Source of the DNA: Mobula hypostoma
Lineage: Eukaryota
Assembly (NCBI RefSeq): GCF_963921235.1
Contig: NC_086097.1
Location: 214,150,001 to 214,214,000, forward strand
DNA: 64,000 bases
Reading direction: 5' to 3'
Shown: positions 23,520 through 37,600 of the stretch, piece after piece
How positions within the stretch are numbered: the first letter of the stretch is position 1
How the letters are laid out: each line of letters opens with the position of its first letter
Translations under genes and position numbers: made by a program
The notes under the pieces: model-generated
The model's input: only the letters and a program-made list of their open reading frames with translations
The model's database searches: none
What the model was told of the DNA's origin: nothing

Positions 23520-25910
23520 ACATAAGCTTCTCCAAGGACAAGAACATGCCTTGTATCAAAAGGACAGGCAGGTAGGCAGAAGGGGTGGGGTAGGGGCTCT
23601 GCCGGTAAACAATTAAATCAAATCCTTTAGAAAGAGGTGACACAAGATTGGAAGATGGAGAATCTTTGTGGGTAAACATAAGAAACTGCAAGGATAAAAA
23701 GACCTTGATGGGAGTTACATACAGGCCTCGAATAATAGCCAGAATGTGGATTACAAACTACAATGGGAGACAGAAGAAAAAGCTATTGTAATATTGCCCT
23801 TTTTACATGCCATGAGGGATTTCAATAAGCAAGTACAAAGGGAAAATCAGGTTGGTGCCAGATCCCAAATCAGGAAATTTGTAGAATGCCTACAAGATGG
23901 CTTTTAAGAGCAGAAAGACAATCTCAACTGGGTGTTGAGTAATGAACCAAATATGATTAGGGAGCTTAAGGTAAAGATACCCTTAGGAGACAGTGATCAT
24001 AATATGAAAGAATTCATCCTGCAACTTGAGAGTGAGAAGATAAAGTCAGATGTATCAATATTATAGTAGATAAAAGGAACTACAGAGGTATGAGAGAGGA
24101 GCTGGCCAAAGTTAATTGGAAGGGTCACCATAACCCATAAGGAGAGAAAAGATAAAATATGAAAGAAAGCTAGCCAATAATATAAATGAGGATATCAGAA
24201 GATTGTTTTCAAGAGTAAAGGAGGCAAGATTGAATATTGGGCCACTAGAAAATGATGTTGGAGAGGGAGTAATGGGGACAGTGAAATGGCAGAGACACCT
24301 AGTAAGTATTTTGCATCAGTCTTCACTATGGAAGACACGAGCAGTATGCCAAAATTCAAGAGTGTCAGGGGCAGAAGTGAGTGCTGTTGTTATTAACTAA
24401 GGAAAAAGTACTTGGGAAAATTGGAAGGTCTGAAGGTAGATAAATCATCTGAACCAGATGGACTACACCCCAGGTTTCTAAAAGAAGTGGTTGAAGAGAT
24501 TGTGGAGGCATTAGTAATGATCTTTCCAGAACCATTAGATTCTGGACTGGTTCCAGGGGGCTTGAAAATCACAAATTTCACTCCACTCTTTAAGAGAGGG
24601 AAACAAAAGAAAGGAAATATGGGCCAGTGATTGGGAAGATATTGGATGACATTATTAAGGGTACTTGGACAGACATGAAATAATAGGCCAAAGTCAGCAT
24701 GGTTTCCTTAAGGGGAAATCTTCCCTGACAAATCTTTTGGAGTTCTTCTACTACACTTCGCCATTCAATATTTCCCTCCAAAATTCTTTAGGAAATTACA
24801 GGCAAATAGACAATGGAGAGTCAAAGGATATTTTTTTTGGATTTTCAGAAGGCTTCTGACAGGTACCACACGAGTCTGCTTAAGAAAATAAGCGCCCATA
24901 GTATTATAGGAAAGATACTAGCATGGATAGAAGTTTGGCTGATTAGCAGGAGGCAAAGAGGGGGAATAAAAGGTTAGCTGCCAGTGACTAGTGGTGTCCT
25001 GCAGGGGTGGGTATTGTCACCATTCCTTTTCACACTATACGTGAATGATTTGGATGATGAAATTCATGGCTTTGTGGCCAAGTTTGCAGACAATATGAAG
25101 ATGGGTAGAAGGACAGAGTGTTGAGGAAGCAAGGAGTCTGCAGAAGGAATTAGACAGATTAGGAGAATGTGCAAATAAGTGGCAGATGAAATACAGAGTG
25201 GGGAAGTGTATGGTCATGAACTTTAGTAGAAGGGATAAAGGTGTAGGTTATTTTCATAGACTGACATGGAGAATATTCAAAAATAAGAGATTCAAAGGGA
25301 CTTGGGTGTCCCTGTGCAGGATTCCCCAAAGGTTAGCTTGCAGGGAAAGTCGATGGTAAGGAATGCAAATACAATGTTAGGATTTATTTATAAAGGATTA
25401 GAATTTAACAGCAAGGATGTAACACTGAGACTTTATAGGCCACACTTGGAGTACTGTGAACAGCTTCAAGCCCCTTATCTAAGAAAAGATGTGCTGGCAT
25501 TGGAAAGGGTCCAAAGGATGCTCATGAGAAGGATTCCAGGAATGAAAAGGTTATCATATGAGGAATGTTTGATGGCTCTGGGCCTGTATTCACTGGAATT
25601 TAGAAGAAAGGGCAGTTGGGGGTGGAGGTGGGGACATGGGGAATCTCAATGAAACCTATTTAACGGTCTGGAAAGAGTGAATGTACATAGGATGTTTCCT
25701 TTGTGGAGGAGTCTAGGACCAGAGGGCACAGCCTCAGACTAGAGGGACACCCATTAGAACAGAGATGCGAAGGAATTTCTTTAGCCAGAGGGTTGTGAAT
25801 CTGTGGTATTCATTGCCACAGGCCACTGTGGAGTCCAAGTCATTGAGTATATTTAAAGCAGAAATTGATAGGTTCTTGATTAGTTAGGGCATCACTGGTT
25901 ACAAGGAGAC
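23520..25910 (+). mobile_element. CR1 LINE (endonuclease-RT), decayed
   Basis: ORFs 24412, 24665 and 25302 carry CR1 motifs. Confidence 0.9.
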
Positions 25911-25979
25911 CTTCATCTTTGTTAAAATTCTTTTCCTCTAGTTTTATTTCAAGGGCTCCCTTTACCAGATGGTCCCCAA

Positions 25980-26235
25980 AGCCATTGGAGCCAATGAAGG
26001 TCTTGCTCTAAGTAAGATCTGGAATTCGATTGTAAACAAGTTGAGAGAGTGGAAACTTGATTGAATGAAGCTTAACCGTCCAGGAGGGGTGGACTATGAG
26101 GGTATAAAATACAATCAGACTAGATGTGTCCAGGCATCATCCCTGATGAAGATGGTGGAGTTTGTCATCGAAACATTAGTTATAATTGATACCTGGACCC
26201 GGCCGGAAGCCGGAGAAGACTTTATTTGTCATACA
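25980..26235 (+). mobile_element. Penelope-like element 3' end
   Basis: EGLALSKIWNSIVNK-like ORF end, TATAAAA, then a hammerhead-like motif. Confidence 0.65.
26128..26198 (+). ncRNA. Type I hammerhead ribozyme-like motif
   Basis: CTGATGA (26143-26149), stem GATGG/TCATC, GAAAC-atta-GTT, distal helix GTCCAGGCATCA/TGATACCTGGAC. Confidence 0.6.
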
Positions 26236-26279
26236 CTGGGAAAGCACTAGATCATTTTTCAGCCTATTTGGTATCCAAC

Positions 26280-26805
26280 AACATCTCAAAATGTAGCAGA
26301 CATGGCCCCGTCCATCACGGGTAAAGCCCTCCCCACCACAGAGCACATCTACATGGAGCTTTATCGCAGGAAAGCAGCATCCATCATCAAGGACCTCCAC
26401 CACCCAGAACATGCTCTTTTCTTGCTTCTGCCACCAGGAAGATGGTACAAAAGCCTCAGGACCCACACCAACAGTTTCAGGAACAGTTATTACCCCTCAA
26501 CCATCAGGATATCTTCACTCAACTTCATTCGCCCAATCACTGAACTGCTCCCACAACCTATGCACTCACTTTCAAGGACTCATTCATCTCATGCTCTTGA
26601 TATTTACTGCTTATTTATTATTATTTTAATTATTTCCTTTTTTTTGTATGCACAGTTTGTTGTCTTTTGCACACTGGTTATTTGCTCGTCCTACTGAATG
26701 CAGTCTTTCATCGGGGCTTCATGGACTTACTACATGCCCGCAAGAAAATGATTCTCAGGGTTGTATATGGTGACATATATGTACTTTGATAATAAATTTA
26801 CAGTA
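26280..26805 (+). mobile_element. Rex1/Babar-like LINE 3' end
   Basis: RKAASIIKDLHHPEHALFLLLPPGR…SFRNSYYP in ORF 26302..26697. Confidence 0.85.
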
Positions 26806-27664
26806 CTTTAAAACTTTTATTTCCCACCATTAATACTGCCTGACCTCTTGAATTCCTCTGGACATTTTGCATATGTTGAGTGCACAATGCATCTTGGCTC
26901 CCAGGCCCCATCCCCTGCAAGATCAATGCCATCACAAAAAATTTAATCTTAAACTAATTTGATTGATGCCATGTGATATCAAATCATAGCTGAGAACACC
27001 AAATACAGCCAAAATTATGGGTCAGAAGCCACCTGGACTGTAGCAACAAAGGCTTCTAGTATGCTAAGATAGACTCTTGCCCTCACAATGTACTTATGGC
27101 CTTGCAGCTTATTATCTGCCTGGAATGTACCCTCCCTGCAACACTTTATTCTGCATTCTGTTATTGTTTGTGTTGCGTTTGTACTACCTCAGCTCACTGT
27201 TGTAATCAGATGATATAATATGGATGGGCATACAAAACCGAGTTTTTCACTGTACCACAGTACATGTAATGATAATAAACCAATTTACCAATACTGAGGT
27301 GCCACAGCATAACTTTAATAATCTGTAACTGAATCTGGCACTCAGGAAATCTATAATTATTGAGAAATAGGATTTTAAAAAAATTAGGAACACATTTTAG
27401 ATGCAATAATCAGCCATAAAAAAAGGTATTTTGCAAAGGGTTTGAAATATTTACACTCATTCCAGTAAACCTGCTGGAAACTCAAGCAGGCATCCCAAAG
27501 GGCACAGTGGAGTGGACAGGACATTTCCCATTAAGTTTCATCCCAACATAGATATAACTTCTCTCTCTTTCTTCATAGGTGTGATGTAATCAACATTCAT
27601 GGTAGGTGTTTTTGACACCAACAGAAACTGCATCAAAAAATCATGACCTATAATTTTGGTTTTT

Positions 27665-28090
27665 ACATGCACCACAGGGATGTGTGCTTAGCCCACTGCT
27701 CTACTCGCCCTACACCCATGGCTGTGCTGCTAGGTATAGCTCAAACAGATCTATAAATTTGCTGATGATACAATCATTGTTTGCAGAATTTCAGATGGTG
27801 ATGAAAGGGCATACAGGAGCGAGATATACTAGCTCATTGAGTGGTGTCGCAGCAACAACCTTGCACTCAACCCAGCAAGACCAAGGAGCTGATTGTAGAC
27901 TTCAGGAAGGGCAAGATGAGGGAATACCAACCAATCTCAGAGAGAGAGCAATTTCAAGTTCCTGGGTGTCAATACCCTCCAAGGATCTAACCTGGACACA
28001 ACATATTGATGCAGCTGTAAAGAAGGAAAGACAGCAGCTATATTTCATTAGGAGTCTGAGGAGATTTGGTCTGTCAACTAAAACACTCGA
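27665..28090 (+). mobile_element. Rex1/Babar-like LINE RT fragment
   Basis: QGCVLSPLLYSPYTH…QQLYFIRSLRRFG. Confidence 0.82.
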
Positions 28091-30840
28091 AACATAGAAC
28101 ATAGAATAGTACAGCACAGTACAGGTCCTTCGGCCCACAATGTTGTGCCGACCCTCAAACCCTGCCTCCCATATAAGTCCCCACCTTAGATTCCTCCATA
28201 TACCTGTCCAGTAGTCTCTTAAACTTCACTAGTGTATCTGCCTTCACCACTGACTCAGGCAGTGCATTCCACGCACCAACCACTCTCTGAGTAAAAAACC
28301 TTCCTCTAATATCCCCCTTGAACTTCCCACCCCTTACCTTAAAGCCATGTCCTCTTGTATTGAGCAGTCGTGCCCTGGGGAAGAGGCGCTGGCTATCCAC
28401 TCTATCTATTCCTCTTATTATCTTGTACACCTCTATCATGTCTCCTCTCATCCTCCTTCTCTCCAAAGAGTAAAGCCCTAGCTCCCTTAATCTCTGATCA
28501 TAATGCATACTTTCTAAACCAGGAAGCATCCTGGTAAATCTCCTCTGTACCATTTCCAATGCTTCCACATCCTTCCTATAGTGAGGTGACCAGAACTGGA
28601 CACAATACTCCAAGTGTGGCCTAACCAGAGTTTTACAGAGCTGCATCATTACATCGCGACTCTTAAACTCTATCCCTCGACTTATGAAAGCTAACACCCC
28701 ATAAGTTTTCTTAACTACTCTATCCACTGTGAGGCAACTTTCAGGGATCTGTGGACATGTACCCCCAGATCCCTCTGCTCCTCCACACTACCAAGTATCC
28801 TGCCATTTACTTTGTACTCTGCCTTGGAGTTTGTCCTTCCAAAGTGTACCACCTCACACTTCTCCGGGTTGAACTCCATCTGCCACTTCTCAGCCCACTT
28901 CTGCATCCTATCAATGTCTCTCTGCAATCTTTGACAATCTTCTACACTATCTACAACACCACCCTTTGTGTCGTCTGCAAACTTGCCAACCCACCCTTCT
29001 ACCCCCACATCCAGGTCGTTAATAAATATCACAAAAAGTAGAGGTCCCAGAACAGATCCTTGTGGGATACCACTAGTCACAATCCTCCAATCTGAATGTA
29101 CTTCCTCCACCACAACCCTCTGCCTTCTGCAGGCAAGCCAATTCTGAATCCACCTGGACAAACTTCCCTGGATCCCATGCCTTCTAACTTTCTGAATAAG
29201 TCTACCATGTGGAACCTTGTCAAATGCCTTACTAAAATCCATATAGATCACATCCACTGCACTACCCTCATCTATATGCCTGGTCCCTCCTCAAAGAACT
29301 CTATCAGGCTTGTTAGACATGAACTGCCCTTCACAAAACCATGCTGACTGTCCCTGATCAGACCATGATTCTCTAAATGCCTATAGATTCTATCTCTAAG
29401 AATCTTTTCCAACAGCTTTCCCACCACAGACGCAAGGCTCACTGGTCTATAATTACCCGGACTATCCCTACTACCTTTTTTGAACAAGGGAACAACATTT
29501 GCCTCCCTCCAATCCTCTGGTACCATTCCCGTGGACAACGAGGACATAAAGATCCTAGCCAGAGGCTCAGCAATCTCTTCTCTCGCCTCGTGGAGCAGCC
29601 TGGGGAATATTCAATCAGGCCCCGGGGACTTATCTATCCTAATGTATTTTAACAACTCCAACACCTCCTCTCCCTTAATATCAACATGCTCCAGAACATC
29701 AACCTCACTCATATTGTCCTCACCATCATCAAGTTCCCGCTCATTGGTGAATACCGAAGAGAAGTATTCATTGAGGACCTCGCTCACTTCCACAGCCTCC
29801 AGGCACATCTTCCTACCGTTATCTCTAATCGGTCCTACCTTCACTCCTGTCATCCTTTTTTTCTTCAACATAATTGAAGAATGCCTTGGGGTTTTCCTTT
29901 ATTCTACTTGCCAAGGCCTTCTCATGCCCCCTTCTTGGTCTTCTCAACCCCTTCTTAAGCTCCTTTCTTGCTTCCCTATATTCCTCAATAGACCCAGCTG
30001 ATCCTTGCTTCATAAACCTCATGTATGCTGCCTTCTTCCTCCTGACTAGATTTTCCACCTCACTTGTCACCCATGGTTCCTTCACCCTACCATTCTTTAT
30101 CTTCCTCACCAGGACAAATTTATCCCTTACATCCCGCAAGAGATCTCTAAACATCGACCACATGTCCATAGTACATTTCCCTGCAAAAACATCATCCCAA
30201 TTCACACGTGCAAGTTCTAGCCTTATAGCCTCATAATTTGCCTTTCCCCAATTAAAAATTTTCCTGTCCTCTTTGATTCTATCCTTTTCCATGATAATTA
30301 TAAAGGCCAGGGAGCGGTGGTCACTGTCCCCCAGATGCTCACCTACTGGGAGATCTGTGACCTGACCCATTTCATTACCTAGTACTAGATCTAGTATGGC
30401 ATTCCCCCTGGTTGGCCTGTCCACATACTGTGACAGGAATCCATCCTGGACACACTTAACAAATTCTGCCCCATCTAAACCCTTGGAACTAATCAGGTGC
30501 CAATCAATATTAGGGAAGTTAAAGTCACCCATGATAACAACCCTGTTATTTTTGCACCTTTCCAAAATCTGCCTCCCAATCTGCTCTTCTATATCTCTGC
30601 TGCTACCAGGGGGCCTATAGAATACCCCCAGTAGAGTAACTGCTCCCTTCCTGTTCCTGACTTCCACCCATATTGACTCAAAAGAGGATCCTGCTACATT
30701 ACGCACCTTTTCTGTAGCTGTAATAGGATCCCTGACCAGTAATGCCACCCCTCCTCCCCTTTTTCCACCCTCTCTATCCCTTTTAAAGCACTGAAATCCA
30801 GGAATATTGAGAATCCATTCCTGCCCTGGTGCCAGCCAAA
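28091..30840 (-). mobile_element. Young CR1 LINE, most of ORF2 (APE endonuclease + RT) with few frameshifts
   Basis: ORFs 29825..30748 (YRPP, MGDFN, LDLVL, SDH), 29611, 29272, 28715 (PQGSVLGP, FADD) and 28155. (aacatag)n tail. Confidence 0.95.
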
Positions 30841-33460
30841 ATCTCTATATTTATTTATCAAAGTTAACAAATTTCACAACATAAGCCAGTGATATTAAAC
30901 ATGATTCTGATAAAACAAGCATCAAATCACACAGGATGAGGAAGTATTCAAGAATTCAAGGCTCCCCAATACAACATTAATTTACATTCTCTGCCTTTTC
31001 ACAGACAGGCAGAACCAATAAAAAACAGAATTGCAGCTCCACGCTGTGACCGTGGAGCTAACCAGGTCACTCCAGCAGCATCCAAATGAGACAGCACTTG
31101 CAAGTCCTATTAGCAGCTGTTGTCCATGAATGCACCAGTTACTTTCTATTCCTTTCAAAATGGAGAAAACAATGATAGCAATTTCATAAAGCTGAGACAA
31201 CCCAATTTTGAGATTTTGTTTGGTTATTCCTCAACTTGGCGTTGGAACATTATCACCTATTTAGACCATAAAAAAGGGTGAAATCCAATTCACTATAAAG
31301 CTTATAGTGAATTACAATTCACTTATCCAGTAGTACCCTGCAGAATATGGTCTCCTTGACCTTCTGATGTCTTCTCAATTTCTTGCTTCTGCCCACGAGC
31401 ACTAAAGCCAGTTCTATGGGTATGTTGCAATATTTACTGTAACTGAAGGCCAAAACTTAACATGGTCCAAATACCTTGCAGAGACCACAAGGTGGTTTGG
31501 GAAGGACTATTTTACCAATATCACCATTTATACAAATGCCCCTCAATCCAACCATAAATTTGAGTCCTGCAAATATGCAAATAATGACACCACCAGCCAA
31601 GTTAAAAAAATGTTTCTACAGAAACATTCAGAAGACTAAACAGCATGAGGGGAGAGAAAATATTCAGTATTTCAGATCAACAATATTTCAGCAATCCAAA
31701 ATATAGATCGCCAGTTCACCTTCCACTGTCATCTGTTGCCTAGTAATCTTTTGCTTTCCACACATGTAATTTTTAATAAAAAAATAAAATCTGAACTTGT
31801 TAAAACAGAAAACACACAAAAACTTGCAAAGGATCCTGCACCTGAAACTTGAACTGTTTCTCCTTCCACAGATGCTACCTGATCCGCTGTGTGCTTCCAG
31901 CATTTTTAGTTTTTGTTCCCTCTTCTATCCAACTTTACTAAAGCCCTTTATCCCTAAACTTTCAGGTTAAATTAGCTTTATTTGTCATATGTACATCAAA
32001 ACCTACAGTGAAATGCATCTTTTAGAATGTGGGAGAATTCTGGAATACCCAGAGGAACCCACCAGTCAGAGAGAACACACAAACCCCTCCAGGCAGTGGT
32101 GGCAGCTGAACCACAACCTTATGATTGCTGGGTCTGTAAAGTGTTATGCAAACCCCTACACTACTGTGCTGCCCCTCACAGTTCTAATGCAAGGTTACCG
32201 AAGCAAACATTCTGTTTTTCATGCCACAACTGCTACCTGACCTGCTTAGCTTATCCAGTAATTCTCATTTAATTTCTGCACACAGGCTATTGTAGAAAGG
32301 TCCAGCAGAATCTCGACATCATTAGCTTTTCATTGAGAACAATATCAAGTAAATTGATTTGTATGATTATATAGTTTGTAGCTTTATTTCAAATTACTTG
32401 CAGCATAACGTGACAACTCAGGCAAGCAAGCTGCATTTTCAAAATGTCTAATTCATCCTTCAGGTGCTTGCATTCTCTTCTGAGAAGGAGGGGTGAGAGA
32501 AAGAAGCAGTTATCTTTTCAGCCAAATCCAATTTGATAAAGTTGGCACAATCTCCAAACAGAAGGTGGAATCTGAGATGCAGTGGTATCACTGGCATGGA
32601 GCATGTTAAAATATCAGTTAAAGCTAGAATGAGAGACAAGAGGATAGAAGAGAATGAGAACCAAAGCAAATTATAAAATTTAAATTTATTCAAATATTTT
32701 TCTGGAATTCCCCAATTTCCTTTAGTTGTACAGATTTATTATAAAGCAAGGCAGTAATAGAAGATTTTAATATCAGTACAATTAACACCAGTACGAGAAT
32801 GAAAAGCATTTTTCAATCAATCCAAAACAGCTTGCAATCCTCTTCCTAGCATGAAACTACAAAGGAAGAATATGCAAAGCAATAAATCTGGATTACAGTA
32901 CAAGGTACAATTTAACTGAAGTACAATGCATACAAACTGGGTACTTCCAAAAAATCCAAGGTATTAAAACAGATCACAGATGTCAAAATATATTTTGCTT
33001 CATAGACAATGCTTTCATGGAATTTGTACAAATTCAAAGAAAATCACACAAAGAACATGTTTAAAAAAAATGACAATCTAGGTGGTGTTTAAATAATGAA
33101 GATTCAGTTTAAATACACATTATTAAAAAATCAGCTATATAAAATAAAACTGTACCAATATACTAAGGAAATGGAGCACTTTCCTTCCTGTTCAATACTT
33201 CATTTTTAGTATTTTAACTTGTAACAGAACGCATGGCAAAGGTACTCTGTTTGGCAATTTATTTTTAACTGCTCAAGTTCATGTGGGAAAAAACACAATT
33301 GTATGAAATTGAAAGTTTACCTACAAAGATATGGAATTGTATGTAATTGAAACAGTTAAACTAGAAAGGTTGGCAAACATTCTTTGGGAGATATCTACTA
33401 TCACAGTACCGGTCCACAGAGCTTGGTTAATCAGTTTCTGTTGTAGTAATATTTCACTCC

Positions 33461-33828
33461 TTATTTCTGGTTTTCCTTATTGGTAGATTTATCTTTAAGA
33501 ACCTTAGGTTCCTTTTCGCCTTTCACTTGCACATTTTTTTTAACTTTAAATTTCTGAAATAACTTTTTAACTTTTTCTTGCAAAGACTCTGATTTTTCTT
33601 TTGGTTTTGCTTTCTCAACTTTGACTGTCTTCTCTTTTTCAGACTCCTTTCTCGGTTCAGTTTTGGGCTTGGGCTTGAGCTTGAGCTTCGCCTTTTTTGG
33701 TTTCACCATTTTCAACTCTACCTTTTCTTTCTTTGACTTCTCAGCAACTCTTGAAGGTCTTGGTTTCTTAGCTTCCCTTGTTTCAGGTTTCTCTTTTACC
33801 TTTTTAAGCTCTCTTAACGCTTCTTTCA
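33461..33828 (-). CDS. ASPH: Junctin terminal exon, KEKE-rich basic tail (V)KEALRELKKVKEKPETRE…NKENQK*
   Basis: Matches ORF 33461..33829. Acceptor ttttttctttaaataag|TG gives phase 1, and G+TG = Val with the 47904 exon. Start resembles recalled junctin VKELTKEELKKEKEKPESRK. Minus-strand AATAAA at 33258-33263. Confidence 0.88.
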
Positions 33829-33984
33829 CTTATTTAAAGAAAAATCAAATTATGAAAGAAAAGGAAATATTAAGTAGAATGAACACTTAAACTCATACTG
33901 AAGCAGCTTGTCTTCAGAGACACACATGTATGGTCCATTCATCTCCTCCCTTACTGACAGAAATGCTAAACCTGCCCATTCACC

Positions 33985-34660
33985 TCATTTCTTACCTCCA
34001 TTCAGAGCCTCAAACAGTCCTTCCAGGTGAGGCAACACTTCACCTGCGAATCTTTTGGGGTTGTCTATGGTATCCTGTGCTCCTGATGTGGCCTCCTCTA
34101 CATTGGTGAGACCTGATGTAAGTTGGGGAACTGCTTTGTCGAGTAGCTCCGCTCCATCCACCAAAAGCAGAATTTCCCGGTGGCCAACCATTTTAATTCC
34201 TATCCCATGCTCGTTTCAACACGTCAGTCCACGGCCTTCTCTTTTGCCATGCTGAGGCCATTCTCAACATAGATAAGCAACACCTCATATTTCATCTATG
34301 GCATGAATATCAATTTCTCCTTCTGGTCATTTTCCCCTCCACCTTCCCTCTTCTTCTACGGGCCACTCTGTCCCCTTACCGCTTCTCCTCCTCACCTAAT
34401 ACCTCCCCCCATGGTGTCCGTCCTCTTTCCCTTTATCCTATGGCCCACTCTCCTCTTATCAGATTCCTTCTTCTTCAGCCCTTTACCTTTCCCACCTTCT
34501 GGCTTATCCTCCTTCCCCTCTCCCCATCTTTGTGTTCTTGCGTCTTCACCATTCATTTTCAGTCCTGAAGAATGACCACGGTCCAAAATGTCAGGTTTTT
34601 AGTCCACTCTATAGATGCTGCCTGACTTGCTGATTCTTCCAGCGTTTTATGTGTGTTAGT
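33985..34660 (+). mobile_element. Penelope-like element fragment (GIY-YIG endonuclease remnant + 3' end)
   Basis: QVRQHFTCESFGVVYGILCS*CGLLYIGET, pyrimidine-rich tract, decayed terminal motif. Confidence 0.82.
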
Positions 34661-37600
34661 ATGGAATAAAGTGTCTGGTCTGTACTATAAATGCATGTGG
34701 GGTATCAGAAGCAAGTGAGGTCCCACGTCCTCCTTAAAATAGTTCAGAGATAGTTTGCATTTCAATGAATTTTTCTCCAGCATTTTGTGTGTATTACTCT
34801 GAATTACAATAATTTTATTCATGTACAGTCAGGTCAACAGTCAGTTAAATTTAGTACACCAACCCAATACTTACATGTGCCAAATTATTAGGAATCTAGC
34901 AAAGGCTTACTCTGCACAAGTTTTCACACACTGAACATATTAATATCAAATAGTACAATAATGGATTGTTTTTCCTTCTTTCATTGACCTGTAACTTTGA
35001 AGATAATAATGTACGGAATGGAAAATTGAAATTTTTTTCATGTTCTGCACAGTAGATTGCAACCTAATAATCTTTAAAAGAAAATAATGAGTTGCCAAAT
35101 AAACTTATTTTTCAAACTCATCCAGGAATAGTGCAAGCGTTAGTAAACTCTGAGCTACAGATGCAATCTAGTATCTGAATGCATGCATCATCATCTGCAT
35201 AGCAACCCACTCTGCATTTTTACTGACCAAAATGGTCAATTTGTGTAGAAAGCCTGTTGAAATGCTAGATATACATTAAGGAGTAGCCTTTAAAACAGGT
35301 TTCACTGCATTGATATTTTTTGTTAATAAGTCAAGATGCAAGCCAACTTAAAAACTCATGACTTCTGTTCAAGACTATATCAAAATATATTTTGCACAAA
35401 AAAGTCCACAGATTGTAAGAGATATAACAACATTTGGTGATAAACAAGTCAAAGCATGACATGTTTCAAAATTATCCCCAGGAGCATGCTCTCCTTCCAG
35501 CATCAGCACTCAGCCTCTTTGAAACATCAATTTGCTCTCATCTGTATCCTAGAGAACTTGTTTCACGTTCTCCAAGTTATCCTGTCCCTTATATACAACA
35601 GTTATTTCTGAACAGGTGAGCATATTACTTAAGCTAGCACTTCAGTGTAATACTGTAGCAGTGTTGCACAAAGTCACCAGCGCTCTGATTAGACATTAAT
35701 AGAATTGAATGTTGAAGTGGATTTCTAGCATCTGCAGAATCTCATGTTCATGACCACTGTTAATGCCTCACCCAAAAGACATGGATAGGTGACATGGTGC
35801 AATTTGTAAAAAAATGTTGAGACATCTCATCTGAACACTAGTTTAGTCTTAACTAACAAGTGAAAAAGAAATAACCTGGCCTATTATTTCTGGACTCTTT
35901 CCACATGCAGACTGGGTATACAGTTCCTTATTTCACAATGGTGCCAACACTTTGCACATACTTACTACCTTACATTTGTAACAACTCATGGGGCTATTTG
36001 GCCCATCCAGTCTATACCAAGTCCATTATGCCATTAGCCCCATTCTCCGTCTCCTTGTATCCCTGCATCCCTAAAACTCTTCTTTTTCACACAATTCCAT
36101 CGACTCCCTTTAATTACTGCTGCCATTAACCTAACGGGTTACAGTTGCCAATTAACCTACCATCACGTTGTCGAGACATGGAAGGACTAGCTTCCCAAGC
36201 AATACCCAGAGGCTGAAGAATGAAACTGTCTAACCTGTCTTGCACATTGTTTCCATATTCACCTAATCAAAATGTCCTCAAAAGATAAACACACAAAATA
36301 TCCCCCAAAAGTAAAGGAGTTCAGTAGCTCAACAGAATTAATTTAGGGACAATGTTCCTGATAGTGAGGGAGTCCACAACTAAAAGAAACAGTCTCAGGA
36401 TACAGAGTATGACATTTAGATGAGAAGAAATCTCTATACCACTGGAATTCTCTGTTACAACGGGTAGAGGAGATCAAATCACTAAATGTTTTCAAGGAGA
36501 TCAATCTAATTCTCAATGTTAATAGGATCAAAAGATGTCGGGACACAAAGGAACAAGGCTTTATAATGCATTATCAAACTGAACTGAAGGAGCAGAAGAG
36601 CCAAACGTCCTTTGCTTGCTCTTGTTGTCTGTGTTTCTATTTTAAGCAAGGAGGCAGAAAAGTAAAACCAGGAACTATGGACCATCATTGGAAGGGAAAA
36701 TGCTAGAATCTCTGTTACTGCTGGTATTTGGAAAATCATCTTTCAATAGTTAAACTCATAGGAATTATGTAAAGAAAATCATGGTTTGGAATTTAATTAG
36801 CAGGATTATAACTCACTATGGTGAATAGCTAGGGTGGGTCTCTGGCACCAAGAACATAGGTCAGTAAAGGGAGGAGGTCCTGAAAAGAGAACTTAGGGAG
36901 CTAGGTAGAAAGCTGAAAAGCAAGACCTCCAGGCTACTAATCTCTGGATTGCCTCCTAAACCATGTGCCAGTGAGGGGAAGAATAGGATGATTTGGCAAA
37001 TGAATGTGTGGCTGAGGAACGGTGCAGGGGGCAGGGGTTCAGATTTCTGGATTATTGGGATCTCTTCTGGGGAAGGCATGACCTGTACAAATGGGACGGG
37101 TTGCACCTGAACCTTGTGGGCAGATTTACTAGAACTTTTGGAAAGGATTTAAGTTAATTTGGCAGGAGAATGCGAACCAGAGTGATAGGGCTGAGGGTGG
37201 GGCCGTTGGTATACAAGCAAAGGCAGTCTGTAGTGAGACTGTTAGGAAGGAGAGGCAGATGATAGGGCAAAATTACAGTCAGAGAAATGAGTTGCTATGT
37301 AACACTGGGACAAAAATCAAAAAACATTGACAAATACAGGACTGATGATGTTATATTTGAACGCATGCAATATATGGAATAAGACAGACGATCTTGTATA
37401 GCAGTTAGAGATTGACAGGTATGTTGTTGTGGGCATCAGAGTCATGGCTGAAATAAAATTATGGTTGGGAACTTAACGTCCAAGGATACATATTGTATCG
37501 AAAGGACACGCAGGTAAGCAGAGAGTGTGGCATGGCTCTGTTAGTAAAAAAAAATAAATCAAATTCTTAGAAAAAGGTGACATACGATCAGAAGATATAG

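Noticed and set aside
31337..31401. Possible extra minus-strand exon (AG…GT flanked, purine-rich)
   Set aside because: 65 nt is not frame-preserving, the pyrimidine tract and donor are weak, and there is no recognisable homology.
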